A stretch of 64,000 bases of DNA from Amoeboaphelidium protococcarum X5 (taxonomy: Eukaryota > Fungi > Aphelidiomycota), in the NCBI GenBank assembly GCA_023515725.1, contig JALDTO010000266.1, positions 766,970-830,969 of the forward strand, given 5' to 3'. The notes under the pieces are model-generated. The model saw nothing but the letters and a program-made list of their open reading frames with translations. It was not told the DNA's origin and made no database searches. Numbering within the stretch: position 1 is the stretch's first letter; every line of letters starts with the position of its first letter. Of this stretch, positions 10,338-24,018 are shown one piece after another. A program made the translations under genes and the position numbers.

Positions 10338-11831
10338 ATGCGTGTCATCATCTCCATATTGTGCATGGTTCACATTATGTCGATACTGGTCGCGTCAGCT
10401 AGGTATAGAAAGCGTCTTCGAGTTGAAGATCCATTTCCTGCGGATTAAATGCATGACAGTGGTTTAAATGAAATATCTTAAAAGCTCTACACTTAATCTG
10501 ATAGTCCTCCAGAATTTATAAAGGGTGAATCTGCTGATCATTATTTTCGTCGATTATCACCGTATTGCACGCAAGATCTTGCTAATGTGCTGCAAGTGTC
10601 GCGTAGATTTAGTAGAGTCCTTAGTCATCTACCTAACTAATGGTGCCTGGAGTACCGGATGCTGTATCAATTATATCTCTCAATGTCTGAATTTGTTTCG
10701 CAGGATTTGAGACAGTAAATTCTGACGCGTCGTATCATACATATCGAATACTTAAATGATGGTATAAAAGATTTCTTTATATTGCTCTAAGATATTGCTG
10801 GCAAGTATGGAGATTGTTGGAATCGAAATTTGGTAGTTTTAGAGCTTTCTATTCTCGATATTGGATCATTAAATGAAGTACTGCAAATCTTGACTGAAAT
10901 CGAATTCAATTAGCTTGATGTGAAAATACTAAGTATCATTTACGTCGATCTTGAAATTGAGAGTTTTTAGACTCATAATGCTATCTCCTTGGATGAAAAT
11001 TCCTAGATGGAAGTCTAATACTTATAACAAGCATTCTCTGATGAACTAGAGCAGTTCTCTAACTTGCATTCAAATGTACAAGTGAATATATTTTTGGAGT
11101 TGCAGCTGGATTTGCCATCGTTTGAAGATGTGGATTTTGATCTTCCAATGGTATTCGATGACTCTTTATCATAATACGAGAAGTACTGCTAGACTGTTCG
11201 TATGTTATGCTACATAGATACTGTCCCTGATCATATACACTAAATCTTTTTGGCGTTTGAATAAAAAGTCCCCAAAACCTTGCACTATATCCTTGAGTTT
11301 GGCGCTGATGTCTTGCTACACCATGAGGAAATGGTGCACATGTATAACGATCTTGTTCTTACAGTTGGCGTTGAACGTGTCGTTGTTATATGTGCAGAGT
11401 AATGCGAACTCTTTGATGATTTAGAGCTCACTTATAAGCTGAACAACACCGCGGTTGTTAATATTGAGATGCAGATCTTCCGCCCATAGATTGAAGGACT
11501 TTAAATGTTTAGTTCTGTAGTAAAATAGGTTGCCAATGATTGGCCATCACGTAAGGAGTTGATGGAAGATATTCAGATAAACATTCTTCAAAGTGAGAAA
11601 TCGATTCAGGAATTCGCAGACTACATTGCTCCAATACTACCTCTGATTAAAGCTAAACGTATCTCTGTTGTTTATGACTTCGTTTATCAACCACTGCCAC
11701 ATTTAAGAGAACGTCTTATGGATATTGTCTTGTAGTAATAGATGCCTGCCTTCTCGGAAGGTGTTAGTATACTTGGTCAAGTGAAAATGGTAGACTAGTT
11801 TCAGCGAATACAAGACGAGGCTGAATCCTGA
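10338..11831 (+). CDS. Uncharacterised putative secreted protein, family member A (~497 aa)
   Basis: 1.5-kb TGA-free frame; signal-peptide-like start MRVIISILCMVHIMSILVASA; shares motifs with the genes at 13078 and 46892. Confidence 0.75.
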
Positions 11832-12150
11832 AGAAGCCCTATTACTGATGATGTTAATGCCCCTAATATAAACATAGAGCATGATTTGATAGATTTATTT
11901 TTGATACATATACAAATTATCCATTCTGAAATTTGAGATTGGTCATGAGATGGCTGTAATTATGCAAAATTAATGTGAAATCACACTTCGTGTTACGCGT
12001 AGTGGTCAGCAGGCGTTACATGCTCCAATGATACGCGCCGAATCTACAATCAGTCATTTGATTCGTAGTACTGTAGTATCTTACATTCTTCTCTCTTAAT
12101 ATAATTGAATTGAATTAAACCCATTAATAGAATTAATCAAGTACATTAAA

Positions 12151-12711
12151 ATGATGATTTTTTAGAACAAGAAGTCTTTTACACTGATGATGTTCATTAT
12201 GCTGCTTGGTATTACTCACGCTGAGACTGACGCGGCTTCGTGTGAGAATGGCGTGTCTTGCCCGGCTGGCCAATGCTGCAACAATGGCAAATGTGGCAAT
12301 GGAGAAGCTTTTTGTGGCGTTGGATGTTAATCCGAGTTTTCTGACAACTGCTACCCTGACGACTATATGCGCTTCTCAACCTCTACTGATGGTACTTGCG
12401 GAAAAATCAGCAAGAATCACGGTAAGCTCTGTCCTCAAGGTCAATGCTGCTCCTACTGGGGATATTGTGGTAACGAAGAACAGCACTGTAGCGCTGGTTG
12501 TCAGAAGAGTTATAGCTTCAAAAACTACGATACTAGTTGTAAAGCTGATGTTAAGACACGTACATCTACTGATGGTACATGCGGTCCAGCTACGGACGGT
12601 TCATCCATTGTCTGCCCAGGCTCACAATGCTGCAGCGAACATGGATATTGCGGTACGACGGATCAGCACTGCGGTACTGGGTGCAATAAATTGTTTGGCC
12701 AATGTCAATGA
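12151..12711 (+). CDS. Secreted chitin-binding protein with three CBM18 (hevein-like) repeats (186 aa)
   Basis: Hydrophobic leader, then CPAGQCCNNGKCG...CGVGCQS (Q=TAA), CPQGQCCSYWGYCG...C, CPGSQCCSEHGYCG...CGTGC. No catalytic domain. Confidence 0.92.
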
Positions 12712-13077
12712 AATCTGCCCCACCCACGCTGATTATGTTTGAAGTTTTGATTTTAATAAAAATGATGAATGCAATTAGTATTTTATTTTTTGAATATTCG
12801 ATACTTTGAGATAAACGAAACCTTGTCAATTACCTTTGTCATTACTTACACTTGAGTCCAATAAACTTTAGCACCTCATACCTTCAGGAGTATTTAATCG
12901 CTAAAACTTTCCGTTACCACGTGAACTTCGAAATGGTATTTTAAAAATTCAACTTCCGACACTGAAATTTTAACTTTTAAAATGGCTCTCTTTCGACCAG
13001 CAAATTCTTTATTATTTAGATTAATAGGATACAGTCTCTCTGAATAGTTTCACAATATTGTTAGTGTACGCGTTATA

Positions 13078-14547
13078 ATGATAAAAGTCACTATTATACA
13101 TTGGCTTGTAATCGCATTGAAACTACTGATGGTACATTGTGGTCTCCTTTTGCTAGATAGAAACGCAATCAATTCCATAGCAGCCAAGATTCCGGGCGAT
13201 TTTTCTAAAGTGGGAATAGGATAATCTGTTGAAGGATACTTCGATGAAGTAACTCAGTCATGCAGAAATTACGCGTCGTTTCAGCTGGTATCACCCAAAA
13301 TCAAAACACTTTTGGATGAGAATAGGTAGCGCAAAGAGTGGTGCTTGTAAATGAATTTCCTTAGATATGCTTTTGGTCAGCTTAGAAGATTTGTTGATGC
13401 GGATGATGAAGAAGATCTCGTTCTTAAGCGCGAAGTGAGGCTATCTTTAAATCGACTTCAGGGCAATGAAGTCTTTAGAGTACTATCTAGTGATTTCGCC
13501 AAACATGAAAAGTTATGGACCTCTGTTGGGTTGAGATTCATTTTTGAAGGTGACTGTCGCGACGAATATTTCATAAAAGATATGAATTTTGTACTTAAAA
13601 AATTAACATTTGGCAAAGTGTTCATTTATTGTAAGGTGAACATCCAAGCGATCGCGTCTAGAGCATAGTCAGCTAACGAGAAAAGCATCGCTGTTCTACT
13701 TGATCAAGACTACTTTAGGCAGGTATTATTGGAGACTGATTTAGTGATCAAGAAACTCCTTGACTAATTTGGGGAGCTCCTATAGGAAAGCCTCGTTTTT
13801 GTGAACATTGAGACTCAATTGATGTTAATTGTTTCACTTGCGCGCAAAGATCTTGCTCACTTTTAGAGTATTAGCCTGGATCAGTCGGTCATGTCTGTTT
13901 TGCCGTCCATTAAAGATCTCTACATCTAGGCGTATTACGAAATTAATTCGGATGCTATAGACAATATGCTGTAAATGCTAGTCGAGTAGAAATTTGGATT
14001 TTAAAGTGTGACGGTTGGATTCAAGGTGCTACATCTTAAGCCATCTGAAGATAGAGTGAGTTCCATCTATAAGAGGCTGAAGTCCATATGTGGCACAAAT
14101 TGCATTGCATTGAAGCTGTCGTTTGAGTCTAGGGATTTCGCAAAATACGGTGAAATCTCGAGTTGGGAGCCTGAGCTGATTGACGCGCCCGTTGTGCCTG
14201 GTAGTACGTTTGTGAAGGTACGTTACATTGAAGGGTTCATCGAATTGCTAAGTGATCTTGATTAGATTCGTGAACACCAGGGAGCTCCGACGAATGCTGT
14301 TGGCGACTTGAAGATTGGAATGAAAGTATCCAAGTCCTATTTAGATCTGATAATTAGCAAATTGATTCCATAGTTGGTAAATGTTAAGGCGCGAAGTATC
14401 CAAGTAATCCTCGAATTGACCTATATGCCTATCTATAGAATTATTCAGCAGATTTAAGCAGCAGTAAAATCCTTGTAACATCAGGATTGCTCTATCAGTC
14501 TTTATATCAAAACCGCGATTGATTGCTCCTTTATTGTGTCAGTTTGA
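13078..14547 (+). CDS. Uncharacterised putative secreted protein, family member B (~489 aa)
   Basis: TGA-free frame joining ORF-track pieces 13351 and 14008; hydrophobic N-terminus; GQSVEGYF...C...VS...WCL motif. Confidence 0.75.
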
Positions 14548-14873
14548 GTATGATAGACACTTTGTGCAGCGATTGAATGATCATGATGAATAGACTTTTA
14601 TTACCAAGTACCTATATCTGACGCGACTTCCTGATTTAATTTGGCTAATCTTTGACAGTTTGTATCAAGTCATTTAGCGATGATGAGCATCTAGTCTCAA
14701 AGATTCCTCATTACTTTTCAAATTTTAAGCGCTGAGGTATGAAAATTTCAAGTACCGTAGGACGATAGATTTAAAATTCTTGCAGAGCAGCTGTGGCGCG
14801 TTTCGTCAAGCTTTGTTTCATTGTTTCTCTAACACTCTCATTTCTGAAACAATCTCATCGTTCCCGTGGAGAA

Positions 14874-17800
14874 ATGGCTGAATAACAGTATCCTCATACT
14901 GGTGATAAACCAGTAGTTCCTCCTACTATCTTCATTTAAGGTATTTTTTATACTGCTACTGTGTCTTGATAAATATTTAATGAATCCATTTGAAATGTTT
15001 ATGTAGATGAATCTCTGAATGAAGTCAAAGCATCGTAGTCATCATTGCACAAAGCCGTAGATGAATTCTCAGCCGTCTCTGGGAATCAGACCGAGTTTAC
15101 TTAGGAATAGAGACCAAAAACTTCACCAGCTAGTTTGACGTCCAACTCTATGGACAGGGCGCCTAGTGGGGGCAAATCCGGTATGTTGTAACCGCAGTCT
15201 TCATTGTCCTCCCAGCTGAAACCGGACCGCTCTTCTCGCTCTCTGGCCGCAACGTCAATCCTGCCACCGCGCTCAGTGTCCAAGTTGTCATCTATTGCTG
15301 ATTTCTTTGAGAAGACTGGTAGCAGATTGCCTAATTCTGGTAGCACTGGAACGGATGTATTTGCAAAGAATCGCTCAATAACGTCTGCTAGCCAGTCAAG
15401 CTCTAAATCTGATGTTTTCGGGTCCGAACGGAAGACTAGCATTAGTGGAGTGAGATCTAGCATTACTGGTGGCAGGGCAGACAGTTTTATGGATACTGAG
15501 ACTGCCATATTTACTTTAAATGACAAGGAAGGAGGTACAACTAAGCTAGCTGGTAATTCGTTGGGATTATTTTCGCCTGAGAATTGCTTTAGATTGTTTC
15601 TTTATCGCTTGATAAGCAGAAAATGGTATTAACCGGTAATAACCTTTTTGACGTTCTTAAACTGGATCATATATGCCACCATGAGCTTTGAGAAAAGGTA
15701 GAAGCGTTAGGATGAGTTTGGAACCATGTGGTAGGATTATGCCCTTCTCGCGGTCTTTATATTTTACACTCTGGAGATAGTTGCTAAATGCATTGTGTAC
15801 GGATTCTTCATCCGCGGAAATTACACTTTGGTGGATAAGATTGAATATTATCTCTTGAAATATCTTTTTAAGTCTGACGTGGAACCGCTTGATTATTATG
15901 AAGCCAATCATACATTCTGGAAGTCAGCCGGTAACCAGTTTGACTTTGCTATCTGCATGTTCTTTTGGATTTATGTTGCTATAAGTTAGACTGGTAGTGT
16001 TTGGGTCCTTGTGTTTAGAACATTATCAGCAATGCGACCATTTAGATTACTGCTTCTGGTATCTAGAGGTCTCTCAGTGATCACTCGCTCTGTCACAAGT
16101 TCGTCCAAATTGCTCGGCAAAGTCTTGGTGTTTATTACATTCATTTATCTATTTTTGGCTATAACTGGAGTATAATTTCACAAAGGAAGTCTTGCTAGGC
16201 GTTGCGTTATGGAGTCTATAGACGGTAATGGCTTGGTGAGTAATCAAATGGTTAAACCGGTTAAAGCTTGTGGATCTTATGAGATGCAAGATGGGAGTAT
16301 AATGGCCGCTAAGTATCATTAAGGTATTCCGCAAGGTTATGCTTGTCCTTATCCTCAAGTGTGTAAGTACATGGAGACTGCGAACGAAAACCCTTTTGGA
16401 TTCGTGTCCTTTGACAATATATTCTCTGCGACTTTCTCGATATTTCAATCCGCTACTGAGTAGGGTTGGACGCGTACAATGTATATGACGATGGATGCTG
16501 AAAGTCCGTTCTCTTTCATATACCATGTCGTTGTGATACTTTTAGTGGATTTCATTCTCATGAATATGTTGGTGGCTGTCATCTCGGAGACATATTCAAG
16601 CATCAGAAGTCAATATTAGGAAGCTTTGGTAAAGGAGAGAAAGAGAAAGCAAATCCTTTAGTAAACTGCCAATGGCTGGAAATTGACAAAGGAAGGTAAT
16701 AAGTTTGACACTCGCTCAGTTCTTTACGAATATGCCAAGTTTATCACAACCTCTTCATGGTATAAGTATGTTGTCGTTGCTGCCTCGCTGCTATCTATTT
16801 CCACTGTGTTGATGGACTAGAAGTATGCAGCCGATGAAGGTATGCTGCAATTAACATACACGATAGACTTATTATTGCTTTTATTTTTCGCTGTCGATGT
16901 GTTAATTTAATTCAATGGTTTGGAAAATGGCGAGAAATTCTATCACAGCAAACAAAGACTATTTGATACTTTTTTGGTGATTGGCAATGCCTTGATTGAT
17001 ATTCCCTAGGTCAGATGGAGTCCAGTCGCCAAATATTTAAGTCTGTTCCAGATTTTGCGTTTTTAAAGACTGGCAGAAGCATTTCCTAGACTGTAGAAGA
17101 CTCTGAAGCTGGCCTTTGGTGATTTGTAAAGCTTCTTTAGTGTCATTGTCTTTGTGATTATGATTCTTTCCACCTTTGCTACTATGGCGATGCAGTTATT
17201 CGGCGGCCATATGGAATTTCTGGATCCTAATAGCCCTGAATCCAACTTTGACAGCTTCTTTGAAGCCTTCCTAACTACTTTCTAGTGTATGGTGTCTGAC
17301 AATTGGACGGATCCTTTGTACAGCGGTCTGCTCTCTTAGTAAGGTAATACGGTGGGATTCTTCTTCTCTGGCATCTTCTTTACATGCCTGTTCATAATGT
17401 GTCATTCCGTGGTGGTGGATCTTGCTGTCGCTGTATTGCTTGAGAATTTTGAGTTTCAAGAAGAGGAGAAGAAGTTTGGACAAGTGGTTTAGCTTTTGAA
17501 CAAAATTGATGGTGCCTCATAAAAAGACCAGTCTAGCTACTTTAGCAAATGGAATCCTTTTACTTATGTGCGTCCAAGTCCCCGCATCTTGTCAGTGAAG
17601 TAGTTGCCATAACAGTTTCGTGCCAAAATTCGTGCTGTCTATCATAACGAGTTTGTGAAGGGGTACAGCGATGATTCTGCAAAGTTATTGAAGGATAATG
17701 GCGATGATGAATCTGATTATGTTGGCCCATGGAAGCTGTTTAAAAGAGCTTTGAGGGAGAAGATGTTTGGCAAGGATTCTGTTGCAGTGAACGATTTGAA

Positions 17801-20800
17801 AGATCCGTCATCTGCATAATAAGAATAAGACGATCAGGGGGCAGTCGATAACACCACTTTGGATGACGGATCGTATGTGCGCAATAAAGTCCTCGCTATC
17901 GTGTCTGAGCTGAGACATCGCGGCGGAAGCAAGACTTTGCATCATGCTAAGAATTTGGATCAGCTTAATCCCGCGTTTGATGAAGCCTAAGTGAGAGTGT
18001 AGACGGACCAAGGAAGTGAAAGGAGAGAAGCCGTGTCCCGCTTTAACGAAGCTCATCCTTTGTATGACGCTAGCTATTTCCTATTTACGCCTGATCATTG
18101 GTTTAGACGGTTATGCATATTCTTAGTAGGCAAGAATGGCACCAGGCGTCGTAAGATGTCTATAGCTATTGAGAATATATTTATCATTCTATCTTGTCTT
18201 GCGCTGACATTCGACTCCCCTGCCAGTAGAAGAAGATCATTGGAGTCTTTTTTGGTTAGTTATGCCACAAGTTAGAACACGACAGTGAGCTAAATTGATC
18301 TTATCAACCCAGTTCCTGAATTTCGAAGGCTCATCGAGTCCAAGGAATTTTATCGCGAGTGGGTGTATCTTAGCAATGATATATTTGCAGTGATTTTTGC
18401 TCTGTTCTTTTTGTTCAGAAGCGTCGCTGATGGTCTACTGATATCTCCTTAGCCTTTTCTTCTCAATGGATGGAGCTGGATTGATGTTATTACGTTGTTC
18501 ACCTCTTGGTATAGCATTCTGACTCCTGTGTCATCGAATGTAGGCTTTCCTCGTATAGTGCGTGCCCTTCGTGGTCTAAAAGCTTTTCGCATTATACCGT
18601 AATTTGACGGAATGAAACGCATATTTGAGACTGTGAGTTCTAGTTTTTTGAATATCATGGAAGCTATCCTGCTATTCCTATTCTTCCTAGTGCCTTATGC
18701 TAGCTATGGAAATGTTCTCTTTGCCGGACTCATGAACAGCTGCAATGATCACTCGATGTTGACCGCCAATGAGTGTACTGGGATTTATCTCGATCAAAGT
18801 CTTGGCTATTACATTCCTCGTTAATGGGCGGCTCAGCAGATTACGACAACTTTTGATGACTTTTGGTCTTCGCTTCTCAGTCTGTTTGAAATGGTGCTTG
18901 AAGAAGGTTGGATGTTGAAGTTTTATGCCGGTATATCCAACAATGGTGTTGTTGGTGGAGAATCTAAGTGGCCTCCATTGTCTCCGTGGAATGCTTTCTA
19001 TTTTTTGATTTGGATGATATTTGGATATGTCATTATGCGTAATCTCTTTGTCGGTGTCATTATGCAGGCTTTTATGACTAGAGATGGAACGGCTTTATTG
19101 ACGGTACGGGTGCATTTGTTTATGTTGATTATTAACGATTAATTATACTCTCATGTAGAATCAGTAAAGGAACTGGGTCGAAGTTTAGAAATCTATGAAA
19201 TTGTTGAGACCAACCAGGAAAAGAGAACTTGTAAGCAATTCAAAATGGCGCGGACTTTGCTTTAATCTGGTGAAAGATAAAAATGGTCCATTGTCAAAGC
19301 TGGTCTTTTGGACTACGATTGTAACTACCATTGTGATGATGTCCAACTTTTAGTAGTATGTCACGTTGGCTAACGGCGATCTATCTCCTGATTATTCTCT
19401 TGTTGCATATGATGGATTCTTGCGTTATTTTTACGGATGTGTGTCCATTGTATACATGTTTGAGTTTGTAGTCAAAAGATATGGGCTTGGTTTTAAAAAG
19501 GTAATGTTATTTAGCGTTAATATTAGCTTATCTAATTCTTTTTAATGTAGTGGCGTCAAAATCCATGGCACTGGTATGATCTTTTCGTTGCGCAAGGATT
19601 GTTTACTATTTCTGTGCTTCGAATGGCAAAAGTTGATCTACTGTTATAGTAGACTGAAGCCTTTGTGTAAATTCAGAATGCTTTTCTGGATATGACGTTT
19701 ATCAAGCTAATACCTCTTGTGCCTGTACTCAAGACATTTGACAAGACTATAACTGCTAGTGCTAAACAAATTTCCAATGTGCTTGGTGTTCTTCTTGTTA
19801 CGCTCACGGCATATACTTTGATTTGTATGGAGCTGTTTGGTCTAACCCGTCACGGTACCACTACTGACTCACATGCCAACTTTAGGCAGTTTGGTGTTGG
19901 AATGTTGACACTGTTTAGAATGACTACCGGAGAGGTGTGGAACGGTATAGTGAAAGATATGCGCGTTGAGTATCCAGAATGTGAAGCTAATCCTTTCACA
20001 TATCTGTTGAGTGACTGTGGTAGTAATTCTTTTGCTCTGCTAGTTTTCATCTCTTTTGAGATTGTCATGACTTTAATATTCACTGGTCTATTCGTGGTGA
20101 CCGTAGTAGATAGTTTTGATGCGGCCTAGGAAGAAGGCTCAGAGGTGACCGTGCTAACTGCTGAGGATTTGGCTTTATTCAAGTAGAATTGGGCCGAATT
20201 CGATCCAAAGGGGAAAGGATTTATTAAAGTCGATCAGATTCCCCGTTTCCTAAGTAAATTGTAAGGAAGATTGCGCGTTGAGGTTTACAGCAAAGAATTT
20301 CAAGTGCATTAGTTAATGGGTAGTTGTCGCTATATTCCGGCTAAAAAGCAGTCTGACATCAAGTTTGGTTCTCAGAATCTGAAATAAGCAATTGTTAAGT
20401 CTGAAAGTACTGAGAAGCCGAAACTGCGATCCAGAATACTTAGCTCGAACATTGTAAAATCTTTGACCAAGACAGCGTCCGCTGGCGCTGACGAGGAGTT
20501 GAGCAAGACTGCTAATGGTGGCGGGTTGAAGCGCATGAACACTGACAATGCCATTTTGGAATCTGCTAATGATAAACCGAATCCATTGAAGCCCAAAATT
20601 TTGGTCTCTAGCATGATTGATGTGACTGCTGATGACGTTGGAGTATATGGATCTTTGTCTAGAGATTAGAAAAAAGGTGACTCTGCTAGCAAGTTGAGAA
20701 AGTCTACCATATTGAGCGTTTCATCCGATTAGTAGAAACAAAAGTCCGTGTACGATACAATGGTGAAAAAGATGGTCAATATTACCTTATTGAATTAAAC

Positions 20801-21617
20801 GTTGAGTGGACTCAAGAATGAACAAGTTAGAACTCGCCGCGCTAAGCTTAACTTTGTTTATCATGAGGCTTTGTTGGCTGACGATAGAGAGAATGGAATT
20901 TCGTTTTAAAAAATGCTTCATATCCTCTCTATGTAATTGATTGACCCGGAGAAAGCGCTCAAAATTGAAGAGTTGTTCCAGAGATAGCAAGAGATTGAAA
21001 TGATTTACGAATAGGTGTGCAAAGAGAAGTTAAGATCCATTTTTGTTGGAATTGCGATTCAAAGAAGGTACGAGCGCATGAGAGAGTAGCGCGACATCAT
21101 TACATCTGGAGATCGTCCTGTAAGTGCTGGTGATATCCCTCCTGTACCATCGATTGATCGCAGCAAGTTTCCATTTATGCGTGAGGCATCTAATCTGTCT
21201 TCCGGTAGGAATAGTGCAAAGGCATCAGAACGACCAGATAGTAGAATGAATGAGTTTGGTCAGGCTGATGATGGAATAAAGTTTGGATCTCCTTAACAGA
21301 TCCCGACGATTGTCGTGGTTGACGAAATGTCCAATGCTACAATTCCTCGTCGCGGTGATTTTAATGCTCCGATAGAGAAGGCTGATGCTTCGGCAGTGTC
21401 AATGATTTAAGATTCTCTGAACTTGTCCACCGGTAGCTCCGGTAACATGAAGAATTCACCATCAAAAGTCTCTTGGCGTGAAGCTGGTACAGGTCCCTCA
21501 GCATTAAACAGTTTCCAGAGCATTCCAGAGTCAGTGGCTGCACACCATGAGTTGTCTGAGGTTCAGTGTAAAGCATTGATGGATAATTTGAGAAAGTCCT
21601 CTTGGTTAAAAAAGTGA
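14874..21617 (+). CDS. CCH1: Four-domain Ca2+ channel alpha subunit, Cch1/NALCN-like (~2190 aa; introns 14941-15006, 19104-19158, 19501-19550)
   Basis: Four 6-TM repeats with pore loops ATEQGW, MVSDNW, VLEEGW, TTGEVW; C-terminal WAEFDPKGKG EF-hand-like segment. The GT-AG introns restore frame. Confidence 0.85.
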
Positions 21618-22061
21618 TTGAATACGTTGATGTTTGATGAAGTTTAATTTGATGTTTTATTTAGTTGTATGGATATAAATATAATCTGTTGGTTTAAGAT
21701 ACTTTTTGTTTGAGAAAAGGTACCGTCTATGCCTTTCGTTAGCAAGATCAGATTCCTACAGAGTGTCGCGTAAATTACTCTAAGTCGTTTAAATTGATCG
21801 AGTGGATGCACGCAGTCCATGTTCATGTCCGCGTTGGCAAAACAAGTAGACGCTGGAAAACTTTCACCATATCTTAAACTTTAACAACCTGGGACTTTTA
21901 GTAACAATCTGACTACCTCTTTCTAATCCTTTAAATTTTTTGATGCGTGTAAGTGTATCTGAAATAGGATGCTATAAATTTGACGACGCTGGTGAAAACT
22001 CTGCAAATTGTAAGACGCTTTTTAGTTTTTAACTTAGATAAACAATTTAGAATTCTGAAAT

Positions 22062-22742
22062 ATGGGACTAGCAGAACCGAAAAAACGTAAAGATAAGCCT
22101 GTTGTGGGTGATATTCGGAATTTAAATAACTATTGGAAGGATAGCGTTGCTCCGCTCTCACCAGCATATAAGATGCTTCAGAAAATGGGATGGAAAGATG
22201 GTAAGGGTCTTGGTAGAAATGAAGAAGGACACACGGAGCATATCAAAATCAAATTAAAAACTGACGCTACTGGTATTGGATCTCATGAATTGCCACGCTC
22301 AGAAGACAATTGGCTTGCGCATACGGATGCATTCAATGATATATTATCTCAGTTAAATGTCCAGATTGCTCCTGATAGCGCTGATTCAAAGATCAATATG
22401 AGCGATAGTGAAGTAGCAGTTGATTCTAAGACGGCATCTGCGCCTGCATTTGGAAGGCTTGCTCACAGGGCGAAATTTCTAAAAGCCAAGTAAGAGGCCA
22501 CTTCAGATACTAGCAATCACATTCACATCTTTGGGTAATCCTCCACATCTGTTTCTGTTAATCAAACAGTTGTAAATCGCGTTTCAGAAACGTAAGTGCG
22601 TGAAGATAATGACGTTATTACCGAAAAGAGTCGTAATAAGAAGGAGAAATCTAAAAAGAGCAAATCAAGTTAGAAGGATAAAATATCCAAGAAGTTGAAA
22701 AAGTCAAAGAAGGCGCGTGCTCATAAGTGTGAATAGTCCTGA
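22062..22742 (+). CDS. PXR1: G-patch protein, PXR1/PINX1-like
   Basis: MGLAEPKKRK start; G-patch KMLQKMGWKDGKGLGRNEEG...GIG; WL...FNDILSQLN; Lys-rich tail. Confidence 0.8.
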
Positions 22743-22828
22743 TGAAGCAGAAGAGTTACCATATCAATAGAAATGTATACATCAAAAGTATTTTATTATA
22801 TACATGCTTAACCAATACAACAATCACA

Positions 22829-23041
22829 TCACTAATTAGATTCAGAAGAGTATGAGAATGGAGGGACTGACTTTTTAGACTCTTCAGACACACCTAGCTT
22901 TCTCATTATACGATCACGTTCTTTCTCCTTCAAAAACGCGTCCTTCTTATTGTTGTAAGTTATATACTTGGTCACTTGATATCCCACAAATCCAGCTCCT
23001 AATACATACGCCCAGCCTTTAAGTATTTGATTGACAAACAT
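22829..23041 (-). CDS. Small single-TM protein (70 aa), possibly a mitochondrial assembly factor
   Basis: ORF with a Gly-rich TM segment (WAYVLGAGFVGY) followed by a charged helix; ends TAG-TGA. Family not securely recognised. Confidence 0.5.
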
Positions 23042-23293
23042 TTTATACCGCGCGTAACCTTAATGATGGATTGATCTAACTGCTGATGTCACGCATTATC
23101 GCCTGAGATTTCACCACTCGTCCTTTGTTGATTGGATCGCCCCGCGTCGCGCCAGATATTTTCGCCTTAACCGAAATCTTTGCGTGATCCAAAATTTCTT
23201 TCGCGTCCAAGAAGCTCTAACGCTTACAATATATCGCCAATTTAATTGTGATTTCCGTAAGGAAGATTTGAATTGTCAATATTAATATTAAGC

Positions 23294-23860
23294 ATGCCGA
23301 ATCTTAAATTATAGAAGCGTCTCGCTGCTGCTGTTTTAAAGTGTGGAAAGCGTAAGATCTGGTTGGATCCTAATGAGACGCAGACTATTGCTGAGGCTCA
23401 CTCGCGCCAGGCTATTCGCAGATTGAAGAAGGATGGACTGATTATCCGTAAGCCACAGGCTATGCACAGTCGCGCTCGTGTGCGTGCCATGCTCGAGGCC
23501 AAGAGAAAGGGAAGACACATGGGAACCGGTAAGCGTCGTGGTACCCGCGAGGCACGTATGCCATCAGAGGTTCTGTGGATGCGTCGTCAGCGTGTGTTGA
23601 GAAGATTGTTGCGCAAGTACCGCGCCTTGGGTAAGATTGACAAGCACTTGTATCACGATCTCTACATGAAGGCAAAGGGTAATGTTTTCAAGAACAAGAG
23701 GGTTTTGATGGAGTACATTTACAAGGCAAAGGCTGACCAGGCTAGAACTAAAGTGCTGGCTGATCAGGCTGAGGCTCATCGTGCAAAGACCAGAGCTGCT
23801 AGAGAGCGTCGTGCTCAGCGTGTTGCCACCAAGAAGGAAGCATTGGCTAAGCCTGAGTGA
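23294..23860 (+). CDS. RPL19: 60S ribosomal protein L19 (eL19)
   Basis: [28 protein letters not shown] (Q=TAG); [18 protein letters not shown]. Confidence 0.98.
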
Positions 23861-24018
23861 ATACGCTAATGAAGATACTTTATTTACTATATTATACACA
23901 TCATTAACCGCTTAAAGGTGGTTTTCATGTCTTTTATTATCACACATCATCATCATCCGTGTTAATCAGCGGAAATGTGTGTCAACCGCAGATCGCTGTT
24001 ACCACAGTTAAAGTCAAT

